From Candidatus Micrarchaeota archaeon (GTDB lineage: Archaea; Micrarchaeota; Micrarchaeia; Micrarchaeales; CABMGC01): DNA of 64,000 nt. The position numbers and the translations under genes are program-made. The stretch is from assembly GCA_021852055.1 (NCBI GenBank), contig JAJZOD010000009.1, positions 35,438-99,437 on the forward strand. The letters run 5' to 3'. Below are positions 1-9,264 of the stretch, in pieces (positions within the stretch are counted from its first letter, which is position 1; every line of letters starts with the position of its first letter). A model generated the notes under the pieces. The model was given only the letters and a program-made list of their open reading frames with translations. It was not told where the DNA came from and ran no database searches.

Positions 1-1
1 A

Positions 2-340
2 TTAATTCAAGTTAAAAGTGGTCATGTAAATTCAAGTTATATAAGAGACTTTAAAGGAACTTTGGAAAGAGAAAAGGCAAAATTTGGTATATTCATAACT
101 TTAGAAGAACCCACTAAGGACATGAAGGAAGAAGCTATAACTTATGGTTCTGAGGTATCCCCACTAAATCAGGAGAGAGTCCCAAAAATACAAATCTTGA
201 CCATAGAAGATTTACTAAAAGAAGTTAGACCTAAAGTTCTATTTTTAAATATCTCTTATAAGAAAGCGGAACATAAAAAAGAAAAGAAAAGTAGGAAACC
301 AAAACCAAAGAAGGTAGGGAGGTATAAGAAATTAAGTTGA
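2..340 (+). CDS. 3' end of a gene cut by the window edge; restriction-endonuclease-like (Mrr-cat type) C-terminal domain of the kind fused to or adjacent to DNA methyltransferases
   Basis: Frame 2 is open from base 2 (LIQVKSGHVNSSYIRDFKGTLEREKAKFGIFITLEEPTKDM...IQILTIEDLL). The QVK...GIFIT pattern matches my recollection of the nuclease core of such domains. Lys-rich tail. The listed ORF start at 62 is a TTG inside a longer open frame. Confidence 0.4.
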   Translation, partial: LIQVKSGHVNSSYIRDFKGTLEREKAKFGIFITLEEPTKDMKEEAITYGSEVSPLNQERVPKIQILTIEDLLKEVRPKVLFLNISYKKAEHKKEKKSRKPKPKKVGRYKKLS

Positions 341-516
341 CTTTATGGACAAAATAAACACTTTCTGGACAAAGTTCTATGAAATAGCGGCAACGTCAGA
401 TGTAGATGCTCCAGTAAACTATTTATTGATGTATGGCTATTGGCTAGTTTAAACATGCGCGTTACATGTGCATATACTGGTTAAGATAAATCCCAAGTAT
501 ACTCTGAAGTGAGCCA

Positions 517-1809
517 ATGAAGTTTAAAAAGGTACTCGGATTCTGGGATATATTCTGGCTTGGCGTAGGTGGAATGGTCGGCGTAGCCATCCTTACCTTC
601 CCTTCAGTAACCTACCAGCAGGCAGGTCCGGCAGGAATTCTTGCATGGGTCTTCGCTGGAGTTTTCTCCCTACTCATGGCTTTAGTATACTCTGAAATGG
701 TTACAGCATTTCCGAAATCTGGCGCTCTTGTAGTATTTCCGTACGAAGCATTCAAAAAAGGCAAACTAGCAAGGTACCTCGCATTTTTGGAAGGCATAGG
801 TTATTACATAGGCACTGTTTTCGGTATAGTAATATCGGCAATAATACTCGGAAATTATATAAGCCCGGAATTTGCTACCGGCACACCAGGCTCGTTCCTG
901 ATAGCTGAAGCGTCTATCCTAATAGTCGGCATAATAAATCTCTACGGTGCAAGGATAACAAGCAAGGCAAATACCCTAATGAGCATATTCTTCATGGCTT
1001 TCTTTGCCATAGTCATAATTTTCGGGCTCTTGCATGGTAGTGCATCCAATCTTGCGCCGTTCTTTTCAGGTAGCGGCGGTGTAGGGATAATATACGGCAT
1101 ACCCATAGCAATACTTGCCTTCGGTTCATGGACTGCGCTTATAACCATACCTGAAGAGACAAAGAAGGTCGGCACTATACCCAAGGCAGTTATCTGGTCT
1201 ATAATAACGGTAACTGTGCTGTATGTCCTTATAGTGCTGGCCGTTTACATGAACTTAAATGCGCACAGCATAAACTCCACTTATTACAATGACCCTGTAC
1301 TTGGCCTCGTAGCTTCGTTTAACAACGGTTTGCTACTGACGCTGTTTGAGGTTGCAGCAGTGTTGTCGGTAATGGCTGTGATGCTGGTGTTGATACTATC
1401 TAATGCAAGGATAGCAATGGCACTATCACAGATCAACTTCCTGCCGAAGAGCATGTCTAAGATGTCAAGCAGGTCTATACCAGTATATGCCACAATAGCC
1501 TCTTTTGCAATACCTATGCTTTTATCGGCGTTTCCTAACAACTACTATCAGTATGTAATAATAGGTGCTATAGTCGGCACGGGCCTTCCCAGGATAATAG
1601 ATCTTGTTTCGTATTTCGTAATAAGAAAAAGAAGCGATTACAAGCCAACATTTAAGCTTAAATATGGTGTCATCATTTCGCTTCTTGCTCTTGTCGGCCT
1701 TGCTGTATCGGAGCTTTCGCTTGGTACAAGCGATGTATTCTGGTCTGCAGTCACACTACTCGCGCTTACCGGAGTATTCCTGGCCATAGAGAAGTGGCAT
1801 AAAACATAA
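517..1809 (+). CDS. APC-superfamily amino acid/polyamine permease (about 12 TM helices)
   Basis: 430 aa and hydrophobic throughout. The N-terminal pattern WLGVGGMVGVAILTFP...AGPAGILAWVFAG...YSEMVTAFPKSGA is typical of APC permeases. Confidence 0.7.
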   Translation: MKFKKVLGFWDIFWLGVGGMVGVAILTFPSVTYQQAGPAGILAWVFAGVFSLLMALVYSEMVTAFPKSGALVVFPYEAFKKGKLARYLAFLEGIGYYIGTVFGIVISAIILGNYISPEFATGTPGSFLIAEASILIVGIINLYGARITSKANTLMSIFFMAFFAIVIIFGLLHGSASNLAPFFSGSGGVGIIYGIPIAILAFGSWTALITIPEETKKVGTIPKAVIWSIITVTVLYVLIVLAVYMNLNAHSINSTYYNDPVLGLVASFNNGLLLTLFEVAAVLSVMAVMLVLILSNARIAMALSQINFLPKSMSKMSSRSIPVYATIASFAIPMLLSAFPNNYYQYVIIGAIVGTGLPRIIDLVSYFVIRKRSDYKPTFKLKYGVIISLLALVGLAVSELSLGTSDVFWSAVTLLALTGVFLAIEKWHKT

Positions 1810-1819
1810 CGCGCATGGT

Positions 1820-2248
1820 TTAGCCCTCTGGGTAAACGTCTATAGTAACAATTGAGCCGTCAGATAAGCCAAGCCTGCTCCTGAGATTCTCCTCAGCTAT
1901 TATCTCAATAACATTCTTATGTTTTGACATCTTCGGCATTATAACTGCGCATCTTACTCCCATAAGCTCAGCGTTATATGCCGTTGCTCCTCCAAACTCT
2001 TTTCCTTCGTTCTTGAAGCCTGATATCCCAATCCCGTGCGAATTCTTTATCTCATTTATCCTGTAGGCCTCTACATCAGGGATTTTGATGTTAAGAGTTC
2101 CTGCATAAGGAGTGAAGCGCAATTTTTGCTGAATCTGTTGTATATAACCCTGTTTGCCCATGAAATATCTGCCTTCGCCTAAGCCGCTAACTACAGTACC
2201 TTTTACTCTCGTCGTCGATCCTATGTGGCCTTTATCGTCCCTGTCCAT
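1820..2248 (-). CDS. ribK: CTP-dependent riboflavin kinase (archaeal type)
   Basis: 142 aa. GTVVSGLGEGRYFM and FTPYAGTLNIKI motifs are characteristic of archaeal riboflavin kinase. Confidence 0.8.
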   Translation of the reverse strand: MDRDDKGHIGSTTRVKGTVVSGLGEGRYFMGKQGYIQQIQQKLRFTPYAGTLNIKIPDVEAYRINEIKNSHGIGISGFKNEGKEFGGATAYNAELMGVRCAVIMPKMSKHKNVIEIIAEENLRSRLGLSDGSIVTIDVYPEG

Positions 2249-2663
2249 TTTGTTCCAACACTGCTATGAATTTACCGTGCTTTTCATAACCTTCTTATTA
2301 TATGTGCCGTCTCACCAACTATCCTTCCGGTATTAAGCTAAAAAGCATCGTACGGTGAAAACCAATTGCTTATATTTGCCGTTGGTAAGCCTTGTAGCAT
2401 TTCAAGCACTGATTGTTTGTTCGTGAAAAATATAAATACCGGCATGTTTCAGTTTCGAATGCTACCATATCTATCATGTATTCGATATGGCAATCCCTAT
2501 AGTGTATTAATGCAGGAGAGCCTTTACACAACACCCAAAATACAAAATCCCCACTTTTATATGCTATACCATGTGGGACTGCCTATTATGCCATTACTCT
2601 GGCGTTATACGAAAGTTTTTAATAGTTAATCTCTTATCTACTACTGCAAACAAAGGCGATAAA

Positions 2664-3035
2664 ATGGGAGTTTTTGACAAGCTTGGCCAAACATTTGGCA
2701 GTGCAAAGGGCATGGATATAGAAGAGTACATGAATTCGGCGGAGATGGAAGATGTTGATGTCCTCCATGAACCCGCAGAGATGTACGTCAAACCGGTAAC
2801 AGCTGCTAGCGAAAGCGATGCTGATCTGTTGCAGGAGGAGATATCCAAAAGGAACATAATCCTTCTCGATGTCTCAGAGCTGAACAAGCGTCCGGCAACA
2901 AGAAACGCTATACTTACAAAGCTTAAAAGCTATGTAGAAAAGATTAACGGCGATATAGCGCAGATAGATGAAAATCGGGTCCTTATAACACCGAGCAAGG
3001 TAAAGATAATAAAAAGGAGAAAATCGAATAGATAA
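2664..3035 (+). CDS. sepF: SepF-like FtsZ-binding cell division protein
   Basis: Start refined to the ATG at 2664 (MGVFDKLGQTF...). It has an acidic linker and then NIILLDVSEL...INGDIAQIDENRVLITPSKVKI, the typical SepF C-domain pattern. ftsZ is present at 33660. Confidence 0.7.
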   Translation: MGVFDKLGQTFGSAKGMDIEEYMNSAEMEDVDVLHEPAEMYVKPVTAASESDADLLQEEISKRNIILLDVSELNKRPATRNAILTKLKSYVEKINGDIAQIDENRVLITPSKVKIIKRRKSNR

Positions 3036-3099
3036 AATGCGTTAGAATTACAGGGAATCTTCAACCTGTTGCTGATTCCTCTTTTTCTATCGTATTTTA

Positions 3100-3771
3100 C
3101 TATTTGAAGGCTGTTATGATTGCATGCAATTCATGCCTATTTAGCCTTGAGCGCCTTATCATCTTTCTGAATACATTCTTTACTCCGGCACTGTCGCGAA
3201 CATTCTTCATACTTATCATCCTGTCGAACATGGCCATCAGTGTCGCGACCTCCTTTTCGCTTGGCTTTTCAGGATCTCCGGCCTTGCCTGCAAATCTCTT
3301 TTTTGTAAATACATAAAGCAGAACCGCAAGCGCGTGGGATATGTTGAGCACAGGATAATCGGCATTTGAGGCTATGTTGACTAAAATGTCGCACTTTCCA
3401 AGCTCCTCTACCGAGAGCCCGGTGTCATCTCTGCCAATGAGAATGGCTACTTCCTTTGTGTTTTTTTCGATATGCGCCAGGGCATCCTCTGGCGTGAACA
3501 TGTTGTCAAATCTCGGACCTTTGCGAATTATTCCAGTTGTGCCTATTACCATATCGCAATTGGATATGGCATCGTCGAAGTTTTTGTACACCTTCGCCTG
3601 TTTAAGCATGTCTACTGCGTGCTTGGAGTACATTATAGCCTTGTTTCCATGGATGTTGGCCCTTGGCTTTACGAAAAACAGTTTTTTAATACCAAAGTTC
3701 CTGGCCACCCTGGCCATGTAGCCCACGTTCATCTGATATTTAGGCGATACAATTACGAGCTTTAGTTCCAT
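3100..3771 (-). CDS. SpoU/TrmH-family RNA 2'-O-methyltransferase (TrmJ-like)
   Basis: LVIVSPKYQMNVGYMARVARNFG, ILIGRDDTGLS and LNISHALAVLLY match the three SpoU methylase motifs. Confidence 0.7.
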   Translation of the reverse strand: MELKLVIVSPKYQMNVGYMARVARNFGIKKLFFVKPRANIHGNKAIMYSKHAVDMLKQAKVYKNFDDAISNCDMVIGTTGIIRKGPRFDNMFTPEDALAHIEKNTKEVAILIGRDDTGLSVEELGKCDILVNIASNADYPVLNISHALAVLLYVFTKKRFAGKAGDPEKPSEKEVATLMAMFDRMISMKNVRDSAGVKNVFRKMIRRSRLNRHELHAIITAFK

Positions 3772-3775
3772 CCGC

Positions 3776-4639
3776 TTACCTGACTACTTCATCAAGCCAT
3801 TTGCCTACGCTTTTAGCTGTCTCCTCTTCATATCCAGCGAAAGAATGCCCTGCGCCATATATTATTATGCTTCGGTAGTTTTTTGAATGCGTATTTTTTG
3901 AGAGTATGTCTAGATATTCATCTACTGGCCTGTCCCTGTACTCTTCATCACTTCCGAACACAGCGCAGATGGGTACCCTTATCCTTGAAAATTCAGCAAG
4001 TTTGCCGTCGTAGTAGAACATGCGCGCCTCAGCGTTTCTCAGGTCAGAGACCGACAGTGTTCGCTTTGCTGAAAAGAAACCAAGTTCCTGTACCGGTATG
4101 TCCGCTTTTCCAATCTTTTCCAGGCTGTGAACCATTGACATTGCCCTGCGGAATTCAGTCTTGTCTGCCTTTCTCAGTCCATAATCATCTGCAGGGCCTA
4201 GGAGCACCATGGCCTTTACCCTCTTATCATTGCGTTTGTACTGGTAATAAGCTATTTTCTGGCAGCCTGTGCTGTGCCCCATCAGAACGAACTGCCTGAA
4301 CCCCATTCCCCACAACATGCTGATGGCTGCACTTATATCGTATACGCAATCCTCAAAACGCTCCGTGCCTGTACCTGTGTATATCCACTTCTTGCCGTTG
4401 ATCTTTTTAGTGCTGGATAGCTCATCATGGCCCCGCGTGTTAATGCTGAATATTGAGAATCCCTTCAGTGTTTTGGTGAAATACGCAAGTCTCGTGCTGT
4501 TGTAGAAATTGCCGCCCATGCCATGAACGCTTATTATGCACTTTTTTGTGTTGTTGCGCACGAGGAATCCATGCAGAGGTATTCTGTCCTCTGTTGCAAA
4601 GCTTATCAGCTCGCCTTTAAGAATTGTGTTTTTGTACAT
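3776..4639 (-). CDS. alpha/beta-fold hydrolase
   Basis: HGMGGNFY oxyanion region, GHSTG nucleophile elbow, C-terminal GAGHSF. The start is set at the internal ATG (MYKNT) because the longer start at 4672 lies inside a 47-nt palindrome assigned to the neighbouring IS end. Confidence 0.65.
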   Translation of the reverse strand: MYKNTILKGELISFATEDRIPLHGFLVRNNTKKCIISVHGMGGNFYNSTRLAYFTKTLKGFSIFSINTRGHDELSSTKKINGKKWIYTGTGTERFEDCVYDISAAISMLWGMGFRQFVLMGHSTGCQKIAYYQYKRNDKRVKAMVLLGPADDYGLRKADKTEFRRAMSMVHSLEKIGKADIPVQELGFFSAKRTLSVSDLRNAEARMFYYDGKLAEFSRIRVPICAVFGSDEEYRDRPVDEYLDILSKNTHSKNYRSIIIYGAGHSFAGYEEETAKSVGKWLDEVVR

Positions 4640-4745
4640 GGACTCACCTAATCTCGACAAGGAAGCCCACATGATTTATCGGTGGGATGAATTGTCGAGT
4701 ATAAGCATTATATGTTTTTTCAAACATGTATAATTGGTTAGTAGT

Positions 4746-5966
4746 ATGAAACGTGCCGTTCTTCTGCAGATTGATGAGATTACTACAAAGAAGGCCAGAA
4801 TCCTCAAAGATTTCTCCATGAAGGCTACTTCTGAATTCAACCGATTCTGGGATGAAAGAAATTTCTGCAATACTTTTATGGATTTCCATAGAAAAACTTT
4901 TGCTGAATCCAAAAAGAGGACTGGATTCAACGTTCAGGTCTATGCTTCTTTGGAGCGTGCTGTTTGGAGGAGCAAAGGCAAGTCCAAAGGAATTACTATC
5001 AAATTCAACGTTCCTCGCAACTGCAAGACTTTCAATATGACTATGCCCTTTATCGAACTTGGAATTTATCCAAGAAATCGTGTCGCTGTGCCAATCAAGA
5101 AGAACCGCAACTTCCAGAGGTATTCTGACCTTCTCAAAAATGGGTGGATATGCAAGACTTATGGGCTGACTCCTACCTTGCAGATTGTTGCTTATCTTTC
5201 CAAAGAAGATATTGAACTGCCTCCTAAAAAGAATATTCTTGGAGTGGATGTAAATAGTAAATGCTTTGCTGTTTCTATTCTTTCCCCTAACGGAGATGTT
5301 TTGCATCAAGACTACTTCGGTAAAGACCTTTGGATTAAGAGGAAGAAAATCTATGAAAGGAAGTCTATTTTGCAGAGTAATGCTGACAATAGAAGTGAAT
5401 ATGCTAAAAAGGCACTTACTAAGACTAAACGAAATGAACATAACTTTGTCAAAAATAGAATAGGTGAAGTTGTCAGAGAGATTACTGAAATGGCACTGCG
5501 ATATGGTGCCGACATTGCGATTGAGAACCTTAAACGATTCAGCCCAAAAGGAAAGAGGTTCAATCGTGAAGTTATGCGTATTCCTTTCTTTACCTTCAAG
5601 AAGAATCTCGAACAGAGGTGCTTTGACAAGAATATTACGCTGAACATTGTTGATGCATGGCATACAAGTAAGTTCTGTTCCCACTGCGGTGCTGTTGGGA
5701 AAGGACATGACAGTAGAAACTATGCCTTGTTCAGATGTAAGAAATGTGGAGTTGTTATAAATTCCGATAGACAGGCAAGTCTCAATATTGCCATAAAATC
5801 CCTGCTGGAGCGGAGAGATACTACTAACCATAATACTCTCCAGATTTCCAATAGGAGAGTCCCAGTAAACGGGCTTATTCGTCCAGATGTGGTTGTTGAA
5901 CCGATTGTTGCTGTGCGACATATTTCTTCAACTTATGGAAAGCCCACGACCTTTAGTCGTAGGTAG
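4746..5966 (+). CDS. tnpB: TnpB (IS605 OrfB-type RNA-guided endonuclease)
   Basis: RuvC-I LGVDVN, RuvC-II IAIENL, zinc ribbon CSHCG...CKKCG, RuvC-III NSDRQASLNIA. ATG at 4746; an alternative TTG lies at 4734. Confidence 0.85.
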   Translation: MKRAVLLQIDEITTKKARILKDFSMKATSEFNRFWDERNFCNTFMDFHRKTFAESKKRTGFNVQVYASLERAVWRSKGKSKGITIKFNVPRNCKTFNMTMPFIELGIYPRNRVAVPIKKNRNFQRYSDLLKNGWICKTYGLTPTLQIVAYLSKEDIELPPKKNILGVDVNSKCFAVSILSPNGDVLHQDYFGKDLWIKRKKIYERKSILQSNADNRSEYAKKALTKTKRNEHNFVKNRIGEVVREITEMALRYGADIAIENLKRFSPKGKRFNREVMRIPFFTFKKNLEQRCFDKNITLNIVDAWHTSKFCSHCGAVGKGHDSRNYALFRCKKCGVVINSDRQASLNIAIKSLLERRDTTNHNTLQISNRRVPVNGLIRPDVVVEPIVAVRHISSTYGKPTTFSRR

Positions 5967-5975
5967 TTTACATCA
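5780..5975 (+). ncRNA. candidate omega/reRNA scaffold overlapping the tnpB 3' end (boundaries guessed)
   Basis: Inferred from established TnpB biology. The terminal hairpin CC-c-ACGAC-CTTTA-GTCGT-a-GG (5943-5963) is seen in sequence. No covariance model was run. Confidence 0.3.
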
Positions 5976-6135
5976 ACATGGCAGCTATGTTATAAATCCC
6001 TTCCGGTGGAATACTATCGCATTGCCCTTACAAGAAATTGCATGATGTCAACTGTACCTTATCCAACCGAATCTGACTCGTGCGATGTATCCCCGGTTGC
6101 TGTGGTTTTGCGCCTATGCCACAGTATACAGAATC

Positions 6136-6237
6136 TCCCGCTGGGGAGATTTGAACTCCCAGCCTATCGGTATCCTTCTTGATGCCAAGAAGCATTCCAG
6201 ACTACAGCCGATCGCTCTGCCGTTGAGCTACAGCGGG
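6136..6237 (-). tRNA. tRNA-Tyr (anticodon GTA) with a 30-nt intron at the canonical 37/38 position
   Basis: Reverse complement folds as CCCGCTG-TA-GCTC-AACGGCA-GAGC-G-ATCGG-CTGTAG[intron]A-CCGAT-AGGCT-GGGAG-TTCAAAT-CTCCC-CAGCGGG-A. The intron contains a CTTCTTG/CAAGAAG helix. No encoded CCA. Confidence 0.85.
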
Positions 6238-6290
6238 TTGTGATAATGTAAAAAGCAACTATATATAAGTGTTACATAGGTATAAAAATT

Positions 6291-9188
6291 ATGCCAAGCA
6301 AGCCCGAGCCTAAGACTGGCAGTGCTGCATCTGCATCAGTCGGAAAAGATACCGGAGAAAAGATACGTGTTAGTGCATCAGGGTCCTATGGAAAAACTGC
6401 CCGTGAAAATAAGGCACGAGGGAACGTTTCGGCAAAAATTATGTCAAAGCCGGCAGTACCTGCAAATCCAGCAAACAGAAAACAAGAACGCATAGTCATG
6501 CCTCTTACGCTATATCGCATTGCAGAGGAAGCGCGCGAATTTGCAAACAATAAATACTTCCCTGATTCGCTGCTATCTCTATTTGCGTTCATAAGTGTTG
6601 CAATAGTTTTCCCTTTTTATCCTGTGTTTCTTCTCGTGCTCCTTGCAATAGCTGTTTTTGTACTTGCAAGGCTCCATCCGCTTATCGGCCTTATGTCATT
6701 GCTTATTTTAACGTTGCCCATGTACCTTTACCAAGCGCCCCTGCTTGCGCTGCTGTACTGCATAGTCCTTTCTGTATCGCTGTTTTTTGGCTATAAACAC
6801 TATCGCACAATAACGCTTGCGTACGCTCTTGTAGTGCTTCCATTCTCCTTCCTAGGCTACTTTCTTGAAATACCTGTATTCGTTATAGGCCTTTTGTATA
6901 TAGGCATGAAGCGCGGAGCAATTGCAACTGCCATCGCAATTATAATTGTGCCTGTAATAATGGCGCTTACAGGCATGCCAATCTATGCACCAATAGCATA
7001 CAGTTCTGCAGGCTTTAACTCTGCAACATCCCAAGGCCTCGGGCATGTATCTGCATATCTTACCGGCGGGAAGCCAATGCCATCAATTTCGGCATTTCCA
7101 GCTGCGTTGTTTAATTCGCTAGTTACGTTTGTTCACGTCGCACTTTACATACCTACTGCAATATCGCTAAGCTTAACTGCGCTTGCATACAGCATAGAGC
7201 CAATGGTAATACAGCTAGTGCTGTGGCTTGTTGTATTGTTCGCCATTACAAATTACGTAATAAAGAGCCGCTCCGCATTTAAAGGCTCACAGTCAAGCCT
7301 GTTCTCGTTTGCAATACTGGCAGGTTATTTTGTGGTTTCTTTTGTACTCTTCCACACGTTTAATCTATATTCTATCATAGGTTTTATAATAACGCCGCTG
7401 GCTCTTCTGTTCATGGAACTCAACGATGTAGACGTCGTAAGGGCTCTCGACGTCATGAAAAAAGATTTCCTCGGATCTTTTGGCGAGGCCTTTGAGGATC
7501 TTACTACCGGTGCAAGGGAGACCCTTAATGACATAGGCAACTACGACAGCACGAAAGCGGAGCTACGCGAAGCAATACTTCAGCCTATCGAGCATAAAGA
7601 GATAGCCGGCGCATATAAAATAAGGCCTGCAAAGGGCGTACTTCTCTTCGGCCCTCCGGGAACAGGCAAAACACTTATTATGCGCGCGCTGGCCAACGAG
7701 GTAAGGGCCAGATTCTTCTATGTCAAGTCAACATCGATAATATCCCCATCGATTGGTGAGAGTTCTGCAGCGCTATCGAAAATATTCAACAGGGTGAAGG
7801 CGCACACTCCTGCAATCCTCTTCTTTGACGAGCTAGACGGGATAGCCCGCCGCAGGGACGAGTTTACCGGCAATGCTGATCCGGAACTCCTGCCTACGCT
7901 TCTTTCAGAGATGGACGGTTTTCAGAAAATAGAGGGTGTTGTCGTGGTAGGCTCGACAAACGTGCCCCAACTTATTGATCCTGGGTTAATGCGTCCAGGC
8001 CGCTTCGACAGGATAATTTATATGCCGTTGCCTGACAAGCATGGCAGAGTGGAGATATTCAGACACTATGCAAAGATGTATCCCGTCAGCTCTGACATAG
8101 ACTTGAACAGGCTTGCCGATGAAACAAGCAGGTTTTCTGGCGCGGACATAGCAAACGTATACCGCGAAACTGCAACGCACATAGGCAACGAGGCGCTGAA
8201 GAGCTCCAAGGCCCTAAAAATAACAACAAATGATTTACTCGATGTGATAAATGCAACAAAACCCTCCACCAGTTTCCAGCAGCTTGAGGAGTATGAACAA
8301 TTCAGGACAGACTTCGAGAGAAGGCTCGGCGGCGAACCGCAGGCAAAAGAAGGCGTAAAGCTCTCCTTAAGCGATGTTGCCGGCATGGACACTGCAAAAC
8401 TTGCACTCAAGGAAGCCCTTGAGATACCTGTCCTGCATCCGGAGCTCATGCAGAAATACGACATTAAGCCTGTAAGCGGCATACTGCTGTACGGTCCTCC
8501 TGGATGTGGCAAGACAATGCTGATAAATGCAATAGCTGGTGAAATGAGCAAGGTACATCTAATAAACGTTTCCGGTGCAGACCTTAGCAAGGAGGGCTAC
8601 GACAATGCAGTAAAGAAGATGAAGGAAAACTTCTTCAGAGCAAAGGAGAATTCGCCTTCTATACTGTTCATAGACGAGATAGATTCGCTTGTGCCGAGCC
8701 GCGATACCGCAAGCGAACTCGGAACAAGGCTCACTGCCGAATTCCTCCGCGAGTTCGACGAGGTTAAAAAGGCGGAAAATGTCATAATCGTGGGTGCGAC
8801 AAACAGGCCTGATGCGATAGACTCTGCATTAATAAGGCCTGGCAGATTCGACAAACTCATATACGCTTCTCCGCCAGATGTGCATGCGAGGTTAGTGATA
8901 TTCAGCGCTAACCTAAAGAAGTCAGTGGTAGATGCAAATATAGACATACAAAAACTTGCTGATGCTACTGAAGGTTATACTGGAGCTGATATAGTAAACA
9001 TATGTAGGGAAGCAAAGATGCATGCCCTGGAAGGGACACTCTCTAAGGGCACTGCACCTGATTCTGAGCCTGCAGGCGCAATAAACACCCAGGATATAAT
9101 GGACATAATAAAAAGCACAACACCATCTGCGCCTGCGCAGGTAACCGGCAGATACATAGCCTTCGAAAGGACGCACGAACGTCGCTAA
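6291..9188 (+). CDS. membrane-anchored tandem AAA+ ATPase (Cdc48/VCP-like D1-D2 cassette behind a polytopic membrane domain)
   Basis: aa 1-70 are basic and low-complexity. aa ~90-390 hold about 8-10 hydrophobic helices. Two AAA modules follow: GPPGTGKT/ILFFDELD/RPGRFD and GPPGCGKT/ILFIDEID/RPGRFD. Confidence 0.8.
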   Translation: MPSKPEPKTGSAASASVGKDTGEKIRVSASGSYGKTARENKARGNVSAKIMSKPAVPANPANRKQERIVMPLTLYRIAEEAREFANNKYFPDSLLSLFAFISVAIVFPFYPVFLLVLLAIAVFVLARLHPLIGLMSLLILTLPMYLYQAPLLALLYCIVLSVSLFFGYKHYRTITLAYALVVLPFSFLGYFLEIPVFVIGLLYIGMKRGAIATAIAIIIVPVIMALTGMPIYAPIAYSSAGFNSATSQGLGHVSAYLTGGKPMPSISAFPAALFNSLVTFVHVALYIPTAISLSLTALAYSIEPMVIQLVLWLVVLFAITNYVIKSRSAFKGSQSSLFSFAILAGYFVVSFVLFHTFNLYSIIGFIITPLALLFMELNDVDVVRALDVMKKDFLGSFGEAFEDLTTGARETLNDIGNYDSTKAELREAILQPIEHKEIAGAYKIRPAKGVLLFGPPGTGKTLIMRALANEVRARFFYVKSTSIISPSIGESSAALSKIFNRVKAHTPAILFFDELDGIARRRDEFTGNADPELLPTLLSEMDGFQKIEGVVVVGSTNVPQLIDPGLMRPGRFDRIIYMPLPDKHGRVEIFRHYAKMYPVSSDIDLNRLADETSRFSGADIANVYRETATHIGNEALKSSKALKITTNDLLDVINATKPSTSFQQLEEYEQFRTDFERRLGGEPQAKEGVKLSLSDVAGMDTAKLALKEALEIPVLHPELMQKYDIKPVSGILLYGPPGCGKTMLINAIAGEMSKVHLINVSGADLSKEGYDNAVKKMKENFFRAKENSPSILFIDEIDSLVPSRDTASELGTRLTAEFLREFDEVKKAENVIIVGATNRPDAIDSALIRPGRFDKLIYASPPDVHARLVIFSANLKKSVVDANIDIQKLADATEGYTGADIVNICREAKMHALEGTLSKGTAPDSEPAGAINTQDIMDIIKSTTPSAPAQVTGRYIAFERTHERR

Positions 9189-9264
9189 ATCCCCGAACTG
9201 GCATGCCGCTAAATTCGCGTATGTCCCCTGTGCATATATATGTCGTTTGTCAGGCGCGCCTTCT

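Larger units (their letters stand above)
4645..5975 (+). mobile_element. tnpB-only IS200/IS605-family element, copy 1 (ends approximate)
   Basis: tnpB ORF with an imperfect palindrome at 4653-4699 upstream and a hairpin at 5942-5964 across the stop codon, followed by GTAGTTTACAT. No tnpA is present. Confidence 0.55.

Noticed and set aside
4644-5921. 425-aa ORF on the minus strand covering almost all of tnpB copy 1
   Set aside because: It is exactly antisense to a gene with clear TnpB motifs. Its translation is low-complexity (Ser/Asn/Phe/Ile-rich) with no motif. This is a typical shadow frame kept open by the codon bias of the sense strand.
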